NCBI GenBank assembly: GCA_949295085.1
Contig: CASFJS010000003.1
Location: 2,695-66,694 of the forward strand
DNA: 64,000 nucleotides
Direction: 5' to 3'
DNA from: an uncultured Pseudomonadota bacterium
Lineage (GTDB): Bacteria > Pseudomonadota > Alphaproteobacteria > RF32 > CAG-239
A program made the position numbers and the translations under genes. A model generated the notes under the pieces. The model was given only the letters and a program-made list of their open reading frames with translations, was not told where the DNA came from and did no database searches. Each line of letters opens with the position of its first letter. Positions within the stretch are counted from its first letter, which is position 1. Below are positions 19,556-29,216 of this stretch, piece by piece.

Positions 19556-20002
19556 TCAGACTTGCTCAAAAATAACTTTGCCTTGCTCCAGCCAGACAAT
19601 CCGGTCAATGACCCACTGACTGATCTGCTCGATTTTCTCAAGCTCCACACCCATCGCTTGTCCGATTTTACCGATAAGAATAATTTCCCGCTCGGATAAA
19701 TCACCGTCGGAATTAGCTAACAAACAAGCCTCTTTAACGAGCTGCAAAGCGGCCTGACGATTCTTGATTTTGGAGGCCTCGCGAATGAGTTCTTCATCCG
19801 ACAACGGAGCCAGAACTTCCTCCGTTTTGGCTTTGCCGATACCGAAAATAACCGCGAGATCTTTAATAAAATTTCTCTCATCATTGTCAAAATTATTATC
19901 AATTCTGGCCAGCGCGACCAACACCCTGAGAAAAACGATTTTTTCCTCATCAGACATTTGAGCGATATAATTTATTGAATTTTCCGTATTAAAACCCGAC
20001 AT
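19556..20002 (-). CDS. TerB-like (tellurite-resistance TerB/DjlA-N fold) protein
   Basis: The sequence LRVLVALARIDNNFDNDERNFIKDLAVIFG..LLANSDGDLSEREIILIGKIGQAMG shows two repeated D-x-E-R helical hairpin units typical of TerB. The start is the ATG at 20002, preceded by GGAG. Confidence 0.6.
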   Translation of the reverse strand: MSGFNTENSINYIAQMSDEEKIVFLRVLVALARIDNNFDNDERNFIKDLAVIFGIGKAKTEEVLAPLSDEELIREASKIKNRQAALQLVKEACLLANSDGDLSEREIILIGKIGQAMGVELEKIEQISQWVIDRIVWLEQGKVIFEQV

Positions 20003-20152
20003 TGGCAATCTCCAAAAAATTAATTCCGCTTTGACCATAACAGAAATCTGTTAAAATTTCAATTAAAATAAGGAAAAGCATAAAAAAAGTTTGAAAATGC
20101 GAACAGAATGACTTAAAATGCGCTCAAGTAAAAACAAGATTTGTAAACAACA

Positions 20153-21511
20153 ATGAAACAATACTATATCAAAACTTTCGGCTGTCAGATGAATGTTTAC
20201 GATTCGCACCGTATCGCCGGGATTTTGAACGATTTGGGAATGCGGGAAGCGGCCTCTGCCAAACAAGCGGATTTAATTGTTTTCAACACCTGTCATATTC
20301 GGGAAAAAGCCACCGAAAAACTTTTTTCGGATCTGGGGCGCATCTGCGAAATAAAACAAGAACGCGCTCTCGCCGGCAAAGACACGGTTATCGGCGTTGT
20401 CGGTTGTGTGGTTCAGGCCGAAGACGAACAAATTGCCCAAAGAGCCCGTTTTGTTGACTTTGCTCTTGGTCCTCTGACATATCATCGCCTGCCGGAAATT
20501 TTAAAAAATCTTGACCGCCGTCATAGCCGGACAATTATTGATACCGAATTTCCCGCCGAATCAAAATTTGATTTTTTACCGGCCAACCAAAGTTCGGGCG
20601 CCTGTTCCTTTTTGGCCATTCAGGAAGGCTGCAACAATTTTTGCACCTATTGCGTGGTTCCCTACACCCGCGGCATTGAAACATCCCGCCCGGTCGGCGA
20701 AGTGTTGTCCGAAGCCCGTAAGCTGGTCGCCGAGGGCACGCTCGAAATCAATCTGCTCGGGCAAAATGTTAATTCTTACCATGGCGAAGACGAAAACGGC
20801 ACAGAACGGGATTTGGCTTACCTGCTGCATCGCCTCAACGAAATTGACGGCCTTGAGCGCATCCGCTACACCACCTCTTATCCGGCCGACGTCACCAATG
20901 ACCTGATTGACTGCCATCGCAGCATCAAAAAACTGATGCCTTACCTGCATCTGCCGGTACAATCCGGTTCCGACACCATCCTTAAAGCCATGAATCGCCG
21001 GCATACCGCCGCGCAATATCTGGACATTATTGCCCGCCTCAAAGAGGCCAACCCCTTGCTGGGTTTTTCCTCTGATTTTATTGTCGGTTTTCCCGGTGAG
21101 ACGGACAGAGATTTTGAAGCCACCCTAAATCTGGTAGACAAGGTCAAATTCATTCAGGCTTTTTCTTTCAAATACTCCCGCCGCCCGGGAACACCGGCTG
21201 CCGAGATGCCCTGCCAGATTGAAGAAAAAGTCAAAAAAGAACGATTACAAATTTTGCAAGACAAATTGTTTTCGTATCAGTTAAAATTCAACCGGGATTC
21301 CATAGGCAAAACGATGCCCGTCTTGTTTGAAAACAGAGGCCGCCACCCCGGACAACTCACCGGACGCACACCGTATATGCAAAATTTGTATGCAAAAGCA
21401 GACAAAAGCTTGTTGAATAAAATTATTCGTGTTAGAATTAAAGATGCGACAATGAACGCATTGTCTGGCGAAATTACAGAGGAACAACAACATGGCCGAA
21501 ATTTCATTTGA
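20153..21511 (+). CDS. miaB: tRNA-i6A37 methylthiotransferase MiaB
   Basis: Contains the N-terminal UPF0004 cysteines (FGCQMNVYDS), the radical-SAM motif CNNFCTYCVVP and a C-terminal TRAM domain. Confidence 0.94.
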   Translation: MKQYYIKTFGCQMNVYDSHRIAGILNDLGMREAASAKQADLIVFNTCHIREKATEKLFSDLGRICEIKQERALAGKDTVIGVVGCVVQAEDEQIAQRARFVDFALGPLTYHRLPEILKNLDRRHSRTIIDTEFPAESKFDFLPANQSSGACSFLAIQEGCNNFCTYCVVPYTRGIETSRPVGEVLSEARKLVAEGTLEINLLGQNVNSYHGEDENGTERDLAYLLHRLNEIDGLERIRYTTSYPADVTNDLIDCHRSIKKLMPYLHLPVQSGSDTILKAMNRRHTAAQYLDIIARLKEANPLLGFSSDFIVGFPGETDRDFEATLNLVDKVKFIQAFSFKYSRRPGTPAAEMPCQIEEKVKKERLQILQDKLFSYQLKFNRDSIGKTMPVLFENRGRHPGQLTGRTPYMQNLYAKADKSLLNKIIRVRIKDATMNALSGEITEEQQHGRNFI

Positions 21512-22457
21512 ATTATTTAACAACACCCTGGTTCAACAAATGGTCGGTGCCCAGGACGCCAACCTGAAAACTTTGGAAAAATGTCTGGGAGTCGAGATTG
21601 CCGCTTTTGGTAACAACATCACTGTTAAGGGCGAAAGACACGCCATTGAACAGGCCAAAACCGCCATCGATGTTTTATACAACAAAGTCAGCCGCGGCAT
21701 AGAGATCGGCGAGCAAGAAGTCAGAGCAGCCGCCAGGATGTGCGGCGGCGACCTTGACAGTCAAACAGCTCAGGACTTGAGCAATCTGGTCTTAAAAACA
21801 AAAAAACGCCATATCTACCCGCGCTCGGCCACTCAGGCGGAATATATTCAAACCATGATGCAAAACGAATTGGTCTTTGGCCTTGGCCCCGCCGGCACCG
21901 GAAAGACATATTTGGCCGTTGCCCTGGCCGTATCCATGATGCTTGAGGGTACGATTGACAAAATCATTCTATCTCGCCCGGCAGTGGAGGCCGGTGAAAA
22001 TTTAGGCTTCTTGCCCGGCGACCTCAAAGAAAAAGTTGATCCTTATCTGCGCCCGCTCTACGATGCTCTCTATGAAATGCTTCCGGCCGAACAGGTTGAT
22101 AAAAAATTAACCCTGGGTGAAATCGAGATTGCGCCGCTGGCATTTATGCGTGGCCGGACACTTTCAAATGCGTTCATTATTCTTGACGAAGCACAGAACA
22201 CCACACCGATGCAAATGAAAATGTTTTTAACCCGTTTGGGCGAAAATTCACGCATGGTCGTTAACGGCGACCTGAGTCAGGTTGACTTACCGCATGGTGT
22301 TATCTCCGGTCTGCGCGATGCTCTGGACGTCCTGAAAGGCACACCGAACATCGGGTCGGTACGTTTTTCGGCCGAGGATGTTGTTCGTCACGGTCTGGTT
22401 GCCAAAATCGTGCAAGCTTATGAGCGAAAAAGCAAAAAAGAGTACGGTGATGAATAA
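21492..22457 (+). CDS. ybeZ: PhoH-like ATPase (YbeZ)
   Basis: Walker A GPAGTGKTYLAVA and Walker B IILDEAQN. It overlaps the miaB end by 20 nt. Confidence 0.9.
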   Translation: MAEISFELFNNTLVQQMVGAQDANLKTLEKCLGVEIAAFGNNITVKGERHAIEQAKTAIDVLYNKVSRGIEIGEQEVRAAARMCGGDLDSQTAQDLSNLVLKTKKRHIYPRSATQAEYIQTMMQNELVFGLGPAGTGKTYLAVALAVSMMLEGTIDKIILSRPAVEAGENLGFLPGDLKEKVDPYLRPLYDALYEMLPAEQVDKKLTLGEIEIAPLAFMRGRTLSNAFIILDEAQNTTPMQMKMFLTRLGENSRMVVNGDLSQVDLPHGVISGLRDALDVLKGTPNIGSVRFSAEDVVRHGLVAKIVQAYERKSKKEYGDE

Positions 22458-22971
22458 TAAAAACGACCTGTGTCTTTTACTGGACGATCCGCGCTGGCAA
22501 CAGACTCTGCCGGAAGTTGATGTCTGGGCTCATAAGGTATTTACGACGGCTCTCGACTATCTTGACTCTCACCACCTTGATGCCGGATTCGGCTTTAGTC
22601 GGCCGATTGACATAAATTTGAAATTAAGCAACAATGCCGAAGTTCAAGTTCTGAATCGTGATTTTCGCGGCCTTGATAAACCGACCAACGTCTTGTCTTT
22701 TGCCAACATTGACGATGATTTTTTTTGGGATGAATTGGAACTGGCCGCCGAAGTTGAGCTCGGCGATATCATTATCGCCCTGGAAACATTGCAATCGGAA
22801 TCCGAATTAAAACGACTGCCGCTCAAAAATCACTTTGCCCACCTTTTGGTACACGGAATTTTGCACCTGTTTGGCTACGACCATCAGGAAGATGCCTCTG
22901 CCGACGAAATGGAGCAGCTTGAAATAAATATTTTGCAACAACTAAACATTGACAATCCTTATAAGGAGTAA
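22450..22971 (+). CDS. ybeY: rRNA maturation endoribonuclease YbeY
   Basis: Contains the zinc motif HLLVHGILHLFGYDH. The start is the ATG at 22450 (MNNKND); the track ORF begins upstream inside phoH. Confidence 0.92.
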   Translation: MNNKNDLCLLLDDPRWQQTLPEVDVWAHKVFTTALDYLDSHHLDAGFGFSRPIDINLKLSNNAEVQVLNRDFRGLDKPTNVLSFANIDDDFFWDELELAAEVELGDIIIALETLQSESELKRLPLKNHFAHLLVHGILHLFGYDHQEDASADEMEQLEINILQQLNIDNPYKE

Positions 22972-22980
22972 CAAACAACC

Positions 22981-23865
22981 ATGTCAGATGATGGCACACC
23001 CTCTGCCGAAAAAGGCAACATATTTACCCGCTGGTTTAAGCCCAAACCGCAAGAAAACGTCCGCGAAACGATTGAAGACCTCATTGAAGAGGCGGCGTCT
23101 TCCGGTGATGATGACTTTAGCGCCCACGAGCAGCTTATTTTAAACAATGTGTTGGATCTGCGCGACCGTAAATGCGGCAACGCCATGATTCCCCGGAGCG
23201 ACATCGTCGCTTTTCAAAAGGACGGCAGCATTATGGAACTTGCCGAATTAATGGTTTCGGCCGGCCACTCGCGCATTCCGATTTACGGCGATTCCATTGA
23301 CGATATTTTGGGCATCGTTCACGTCATCGACGTTGTCAAAGGCGTCCTGCAAAATCAACAAAATCTGAAGGTTGAAGACCTCATCAGCGACAAAATAAAA
23401 TTTGTGTCGCCGGAAAAAAGAGTCCTTGATATGCTCAAAGAAATGCAGCAGGAAAAAATCCACATAGCCGCAGTTGTTGACGATTACGGCGGCATTGACG
23501 GGCTGGTTACCATAGAAGATTTGTTAGAAGAAATCGTCGGTGATATTGAAGACGAATATGATCGCGAAGAAGCCGCTGTGGTTTATAATCCTCAAAATGG
23601 CAGTATCATCGCCGACGGCAAAGCCGAGCTCAACGAGATCAAGGAGTTATGCGGCGTTGACTTGTATCGGGGACTCAGCACGGACGAAGCCGACGAAATT
23701 GAAACCCTCAACGGCTTAATTCTAAATCTGGTTCAACGCCTGCCGGAACGTGGTGAGGTGGTTAACGGCAATGAAGGAATAAAATTTCGTATTTTGGATG
23801 TTGATCCCTGCCAAGTTAAAAAAGTCATGATCATCAAGCCTCAATCCGCCGGAGAACAACCATAA
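22981..23865 (+). CDS. corC: CorC/TlyC family protein (CBS pair + CorC_HlyC domain)
   Basis: 294 aa with a CBS pair region (MIPRSDIVAF.., HIAAVVDDYGGIDGLVTIEDLLEEIVGDIEDEYD). It sits in the conserved position after ybeY. Confidence 0.88.
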   Translation: MSDDGTPSAEKGNIFTRWFKPKPQENVRETIEDLIEEAASSGDDDFSAHEQLILNNVLDLRDRKCGNAMIPRSDIVAFQKDGSIMELAELMVSAGHSRIPIYGDSIDDILGIVHVIDVVKGVLQNQQNLKVEDLISDKIKFVSPEKRVLDMLKEMQQEKIHIAAVVDDYGGIDGLVTIEDLLEEIVGDIEDEYDREEAAVVYNPQNGSIIADGKAELNEIKELCGVDLYRGLSTDEADEIETLNGLILNLVQRLPERGEVVNGNEGIKFRILDVDPCQVKKVMIIKPQSAGEQP

Positions 23866-23870
23866 AATTT

Positions 23871-25406
23871 TTGCCCTACATAGCCTCTCACGGCAAAATT
23901 TTTGCATTTTTGGCCGGTGCTTTGTCAGTTGCCGGCTTTGCGCCGGTTTACTGTCTGCCCGCCGCCGTTATTGCCTTCTCACTACTTTTGTACCTGTTGC
24001 TAAAAGCTCCTTCTTACAAAAAAGCATTTACTCTGGGCTATACCTTTGGTTTTGCTCATTTTTCCTTTGGCTTAAGCTGGATTGGCAATGCCCTGCTGAT
24101 TGAGCCGGAAAAATTCGCTTGGCTTTATCCTTTTGTTTTACTGGCATCCGGAAGTTTTTTCGGATTGTTTTTTGCCTTTCCGGCGTTCATCGGTCATTAT
24201 GCTTCCCGACCCTGGCAAAAATGGTTGTCTTTTTCGGCCGTTACGGTTATTTTTGAATGGTTGCGCAGCTTTCTTTTCACCGGATTTCCTTGGAATTTAA
24301 GTGGTTATATGCTGGCTTTTAACGATAATTTGATTCAGGCGGCATCTTTTGGCGGAACTTACCTTTTATCATTAATCACTCTGGCTGGTTGCAGTTTGGG
24401 CGGATTATGGCTAAACCAACGCAATGCCAAAAATTTAGCGGCGGTTGCCTGCGGTATGCTCATCTGTTTTGGCGGACTATGGCTTTGGGGGTATTTCCGT
24501 TTGGCAACAGCCGACAAAACCTTGAGCAACACGATTTTACGTTTGGTTCAGCCGAGTATTCCGCAAACACTCAAATGGTCCCCGGACACCAAAGAGGGTA
24601 ATTTTCAAACCTATCTGCAATTAAGCGATTCTCCGTCGTTGCCAAAACCGCAACTGATTATCTGGGGAGAAACGGCCTCTCCTTTTATGCTCGATATCGA
24701 TGACAATCACCGCCGACAAGCTGCCAGGATTATCCCGCAAGACAGCTATCTTATCACCGGCATGATAAGTTACCGCCCTCAAAATGACTGGTATGTACCG
24801 CACAATTCCATGGCTGTTATAAACAGCCGGGGCAATATTGTAGCCTTATATCACAAGACGCATCTGGTGCCGTTTGGCGAATATATCCCTTTTCGTGAGC
24901 ATTTGCCGGATTTCATTCGTCCGATAGCCAATTCCATCGGCACTTTCGGACAAGGTAACGGCCCCGAAAAAATAGCCCTTAAAGACCTGCCGACATTCAG
25001 CGCGGCCATCTGTTACGAAATTATTTTTCCGCACCAGATTATCAATCAATCCGACCGGCCGGATTTTTTAATTAACTTAACCAACGACGGTTGGTACGGC
25101 GACTCTGCCGGCCCCTACCAACATTGGACGGCAGCCAAATTACGCGCAGTTGAAGAAGGAATAACCATCGTGCGCGCCGCCAACAACGGCATCAGCGGCC
25201 TCATAACGGCTTATGGCATTGAACAAGCCTTTCTGCCTCTGAACGCTGTCGGATTTCTTGACGTTGCCCTACCGGCCATCCCGTCCGTACAAACTTTTTA
25301 CGGCCGGACGGGTAATTTTGCCGTTATCACCTTTTGCTTGATTTTATTATTTTTAGGGAGTATAAAAGTAGGTAACGAACTTTCTATGATAAGGACTAAA
25401 AAATGA
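23871..25406 (+). CDS. lnt: Apolipoprotein N-acyltransferase
   Basis: 511 aa with an N-terminal multi-TM region and a CN-hydrolase domain (IIWGETA, HLVPFGEYIP, catalytic Cys in AAICYEIIFP). The start codon is TTG. Confidence 0.92.
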   Translation: MPYIASHGKIFAFLAGALSVAGFAPVYCLPAAVIAFSLLLYLLLKAPSYKKAFTLGYTFGFAHFSFGLSWIGNALLIEPEKFAWLYPFVLLASGSFFGLFFAFPAFIGHYASRPWQKWLSFSAVTVIFEWLRSFLFTGFPWNLSGYMLAFNDNLIQAASFGGTYLLSLITLAGCSLGGLWLNQRNAKNLAAVACGMLICFGGLWLWGYFRLATADKTLSNTILRLVQPSIPQTLKWSPDTKEGNFQTYLQLSDSPSLPKPQLIIWGETASPFMLDIDDNHRRQAARIIPQDSYLITGMISYRPQNDWYVPHNSMAVINSRGNIVALYHKTHLVPFGEYIPFREHLPDFIRPIANSIGTFGQGNGPEKIALKDLPTFSAAICYEIIFPHQIINQSDRPDFLINLTNDGWYGDSAGPYQHWTAAKLRAVEEGITIVRAANNGISGLITAYGIEQAFLPLNAVGFLDVALPAIPSVQTFYGRTGNFAVITFCLILLFLGSIKVGNELSMIRTKK

Positions 25407-25906
25407 AATCAATATCGCGCAAAGCTTCCCGTGGCAGAACTCCTTTGGGTGAACCAAACCCCATTGATATCCACGTTGGTAATCGTATTCGTATGCGGCG
25501 TAACCTTTTAGGTTGGAGTCAGGAAAAGCTTGGCGATTTGCTTGGCTTAACTTTTCAACAGATTCAAAAATATGAAAAAGGCCTAAACCGCGTCAGCGCC
25601 AGTCGTTTGTGGGATTTTAGTGTGGTTATGGAAACGCCGATTAGTTTTTTCTACGAAGACATGGATAAATCGGTTGCCATGCAGAGCCCGCGCATGTTCA
25701 GCAACCCGACGGCAGATTTATCCTTAAACGAGGACTTGGAAGTTTTTAACGCCGACCCAATGCAAAAAAAAGAAACATTGGAGTTGGTACGTGCTTACTA
25801 CAAAATTTCCAATCGGCAGGTTGCCAAATACATCTACGATTTGGTCATTGCCATGTCCAAAAGCCCCTACTTAAACAATAAGGAAGAGCTCAAGAAAGAT
25901 AAATAG
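25403..25906 (+). CDS. XRE-family helix-turn-helix transcriptional regulator
   Basis: HTH motif WSQEKLGDLLGLTFQQIQKYEKGLNRVS. It overlaps lnt with an ATGA junction, in the usual alphaproteobacterial position after lnt. Confidence 0.85.
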   Translation: MKSISRKASRGRTPLGEPNPIDIHVGNRIRMRRNLLGWSQEKLGDLLGLTFQQIQKYEKGLNRVSASRLWDFSVVMETPISFFYEDMDKSVAMQSPRMFSNPTADLSLNEDLEVFNADPMQKKETLELVRAYYKISNRQVAKYIYDLVIAMSKSPYLNNKEELKKDK

Positions 25907-25918
25907 CAAAATTCCTTT

Positions 25919-25943
25919 ACCGGCCGCAAGACCGGTTTTTTTA
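25919..25943 (+). terminator. Rho-independent terminator after the XRE gene
   Basis: ACCGG-ccgcaag-aCCGGT stem (25919-25936) followed by T7. It lies between convergent genes. Confidence 0.55.
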
Positions 25944-26177
25944 GCTGTTTTTACAACGCATATCGACAGCCCGGTCGGAATCCGGCAGATCATCTTCATC
26001 GCCGAAATTATACATGCTTTTTTCAAACTCACATTCATCATCAAGCCCGTCGGCAACATCAATCAGCCGCATTTTTTTAAGTGGCCTGATAACAAAATCC
26101 TTATCATCAATATCAACATATTTTTGTTGACCGATGCGCGCAATTTTAATCTTATGTTCTGTTTCTTTTGATGTCAT
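25941..26177 (-). CDS. Small acidic hypothetical protein
   Basis: 78-aa ORF with an acidic C-terminal half (DVADGLDDECEFEKSMYNFGDEDDLPDSD). I recognise no family. Confidence 0.4.
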   Translation of the reverse strand: MTSKETEHKIKIARIGQQKYVDIDDKDFVIRPLKKMRLIDVADGLDDECEFEKSMYNFGDEDDLPDSDRAVDMRCKNS

Positions 26178-26307
26178 ATCTTTCTCCTCTTTACTTATAT
26201 AAGCACTTTTTTAATTTTTTAATCCACAAAGAATGCTTTTTTTACTTGAGCTTACTTTTTTGTTTTTTTAATATCCAAAGTATTAATGAGTATATTGTAA
26301 AAATAAA

Positions 26308-27024
26308 ATGTGGAATTTCAAAAACAAACAACCGGATTACAACCGGATTTTTAAGTCTATCAAACGGCGGCTGGACAATGTTCCGGCCTGGCCGGATGCG
26401 GATCTTATCTATCAACAGTTACGCCACGACAAAGCCTTCAAAAAAGAGCTTGTCCGCAAGGCCATTCACCTGAGCTCTTTATGGATACCGGCGGCCATTT
26501 ACTTTATGCCCAAACTGATCTTGATCCCCATTTTACTCATTATCCTGACCGGCAACATTATTCTGGAATATGGAAATTTTAAGAAATACACCTGGGCTCG
26601 CAAATCATTCGGCGTCCTGTTCTTTCGCACCTTGCGCAACAAAGAAACATCGCGTGAGCATCTTCAATTTACCGGCGCAATTTATGTTTTGCTTTCATCG
26701 TTGCTATGCTCATGTTTCTTTTCCAAAGAGATTGGAACCATTGCTTTAACGGTTATGTTGATATCGGACAGCGCGGCGGCTCTTATCGGACGTTCCGTCG
26801 GCCGCATCAAAATATATAAGAACAAAACATTGGAAGGCACTCTGGCTTTTTTTACTTCGGCTCTTATCATCAACCTTTTGTTTTGGCCGATACATCCGTT
26901 CGGATGGGTCAACATTGCTGCCTGTCTGACAGCCACTTTGGCCGAAGTTTTTGAAGATAAAATAGAGATTGACGACAACCTGTCAATTCCGATATTTTTT
27001 GCCGCCGTTCTGTCTTGGGTCTAA
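26308..27024 (+). CDS. CdsA-like CTP-dependent polyprenol/diacylglycerol kinase family membrane protein (SEC59/DGK1/VTE5-like)
   Basis: 238 aa with 6-7 TM segments. KAIHLSS.. and DSAAALIGRSVGRIKIYKNKTLEGTLAFF match the cytidylyltransferase-family signature region. Confidence 0.65.
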   Translation: MWNFKNKQPDYNRIFKSIKRRLDNVPAWPDADLIYQQLRHDKAFKKELVRKAIHLSSLWIPAAIYFMPKLILIPILLIILTGNIILEYGNFKKYTWARKSFGVLFFRTLRNKETSREHLQFTGAIYVLLSSLLCSCFFSKEIGTIALTVMLISDSAAALIGRSVGRIKIYKNKTLEGTLAFFTSALIINLLFWPIHPFGWVNIAACLTATLAEVFEDKIEIDDNLSIPIFFAAVLSWV

Positions 27025-27027
27025 CCC

Positions 27028-28032
27028 TTATCTGGGGGCATCTTTGTGCCGCAAAAACTTCACTTTCATCACCGCCAGCGCATTAGCCGAAATTCGTGAT
27101 ATATCATTATAAAAATCCCGATATCGCTCTGCCACCTCAATCCAACCCTCCAAATCTTTATCTTCTGCCAATTTGGCATTCAGCGGTTTATGAATAATTG
27201 CCAAAGCCCGTGTTATTTCGCCGTCATCCACGTAATCCCGAACAATATTCCACGCACGATCTTCCTCGCTCAGCTCTTTCTCCGTCATCTCCGAAGACTG
27301 TTTAACCTGCACCACTTTGGCCAATTCCCGATAAAGACGTTCTTTCCAATTACCGGCCGGCACCGTCTTTTCTTCCGGAAGATAGCGTACAACATAAATT
27401 TCGGCAAACTGCCGCTGCAAATCCTTTAATGACGGAACCCCCTGTGGCGCAATTTCGTTAATCCGGGCCACTTCACCGGCTATTTTGTAATTACCGGCGG
27501 CCAGCTCGCTCAAAACTTCCGCCTCGTAAACAAAACTGCCGCCGCGCGCAGCCGCATCCTTAACCAACATCGCTGCCGTCAACGTTAAAGCGCTGTCATC
27601 ACTAACCTTTGCCAAATCATTAAGTCGCCCTTCGGCATTATCCATTCGCATCACCAAACCCAAAACGGCTCCGACATCGGCCTTGGATTTAATTGTGTTA
27701 AGATTAATCTGTTCAATATCATCGATTCGCTTACTGATACCGGACAAATCCGGATGTGCGGCCAGATAGCCCACTTCGGCCAATTGCCCTTGCAAGGATG
27801 TTATCTGTTGTTGCAAACCGCTAAGCTGTTGCTCATAAATATCCTCTTTGGTTTGTCTTTCGGTCCATATATCTCTAAGCTGGTACAACAATTGCGGATT
27901 CTGCCAAAGCTTGTAGCCCAAAACGGCCGCTGCAATCAGTACAATCGCCGCGCTAATTTGTTTTATTTTAAGTTTTCTGGCCCCTTTAACGGAGGGCTGA
28001 TTATCATTCTTGGCTTCATCTTTTTTGCTCAT
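27028..28032 (-). CDS. Mitofilin/Mic60-like inner-membrane protein (alphaproteobacterial type)
   Basis: One N-terminal TM (ISAAIVLIAAAVLGYKLW), then coiled coil, then a C-terminal region with mitofilin-domain-like patterns (GVPSLKDLQRQFAEI.. and DDGEITRALAII..LEGWIEVAERY..). The start is the ATG at 28032, preceded by GGGAGGA. Confidence 0.5.
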   Translation of the reverse strand: MSKKDEAKNDNQPSVKGARKLKIKQISAAIVLIAAAVLGYKLWQNPQLLYQLRDIWTERQTKEDIYEQQLSGLQQQITSLQGQLAEVGYLAAHPDLSGISKRIDDIEQINLNTIKSKADVGAVLGLVMRMDNAEGRLNDLAKVSDDSALTLTAAMLVKDAAARGGSFVYEAEVLSELAAGNYKIAGEVARINEIAPQGVPSLKDLQRQFAEIYVVRYLPEEKTVPAGNWKERLYRELAKVVQVKQSSEMTEKELSEEDRAWNIVRDYVDDGEITRALAIIHKPLNAKLAEDKDLEGWIEVAERYRDFYNDISRISANALAVMKVKFLRHKDAPR

Positions 28033-28139
28033 GTCCCATCCTCCCGCTGCTGCAATTAAAGGCTTGGCATTCTTGTTTTTATAGTGTATACAATATAAAA
28101 AAAGAAGCAAGAACTAATTGGATTTTAAGAAGAACGCCC

Positions 28140-29216
28140 ATGTTGGTTTTAGGAATAGAAAGCAGTTGCGACGAAACGGCCGCGGCTTTGGTTAACGATA
28201 AAAAACAAATTTTAAGCTCGGCGGTATTAACCCAGATGGAGCATAAAAATTTCGGCGGTGTTGTACCGGAAATTGCCGCTCGCTCACATTTGGAGCATAT
28301 TGACGAGATTTTAGAAGCGGCTTTTCATCAGGCCGGCTGCCAACCTCAGGATATTGACGCCGTTGCCGCCGCTGCCGGTCCGGGACTCATTGGCGGTGTT
28401 ACCGTGGGCGTCATGGCCGGCAAAGCTTTGGCTCTGGCGCTCAACAAACCCTTTATCGCCGTCAATCATCTGGAAGGCCACGCCTTAACCCCGCGTCTGA
28501 CATCCGATGTTTCCTACCCTTATTTATTGCTGTTAACCTCCGGCGGCCATTGTCAGATTCTGATTGTCAAAGGAGTTGGCGAATTTGAGCGCCTCGGCAC
28601 CACGATTGATGACGCCGCCGGCGAGGCTTTTGATAAAGTTGCCAAAATGCTCGGCCTTGGCTACCCCGGCGGACCGATTATCGAAAAAATGGCCGCGCTT
28701 GGTGACGAAGATCGTTTTGTTCTGCCGCGCCCGCTTTATAATTCACCGGATTGCAACTTGTCTTTTTCCGGCCTCAAAACCGCCGTTCGCAAAATTATTG
28801 AATCCTACGCCGACGACGGCCTGATTGAACACGCCGTCTTGCGCAAGCGTGATTGCGCCGATATTTGCGCCGGTTTCCAAAAAGCCGTCACCGATTGCCT
28901 GTTGCACAAACTGCGCAAAGCTGTCGCCATCTTTCGTCAACGTTGTCCTCAAGGACGTTATATGGTTGTTGCCGGCGGTGTTGCCGCCAATATATACCTG
29001 CGCGAACACCTGCAACAGCTGGCCGATACCGAAAATCTCATCTTTGCCGCACCGCCGATAAAATTTTGTACCGACAACGGCGTTATGATTGCCTGGGCCG
29101 GTATCGAGCGGGCACAAAAGGATCTCTTTAACGATCTGGATTTCAAACCGCGCCCGCGCTGGCCGCTGGATGAAAACGCCCCCAAAGCCGCCGGTGCCGG
29201 AGGTGTCAAAGCATGA
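28140..29216 (+). CDS. tsaD: tRNA N6-adenosine threonylcarbamoyltransferase TsaD
   Basis: Motifs GIESSCDETA and VNHLEGH, with ASKHA-fold Kae1/TsaD features over the full length. Confidence 0.95.
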   Translation: MLVLGIESSCDETAAALVNDKKQILSSAVLTQMEHKNFGGVVPEIAARSHLEHIDEILEAAFHQAGCQPQDIDAVAAAAGPGLIGGVTVGVMAGKALALALNKPFIAVNHLEGHALTPRLTSDVSYPYLLLLTSGGHCQILIVKGVGEFERLGTTIDDAAGEAFDKVAKMLGLGYPGGPIIEKMAALGDEDRFVLPRPLYNSPDCNLSFSGLKTAVRKIIESYADDGLIEHAVLRKRDCADICAGFQKAVTDCLLHKLRKAVAIFRQRCPQGRYMVVAGGVAANIYLREHLQQLADTENLIFAAPPIKFCTDNGVMIAWAGIERAQKDLFNDLDFKPRPRWPLDENAPKAAGAGGVKA

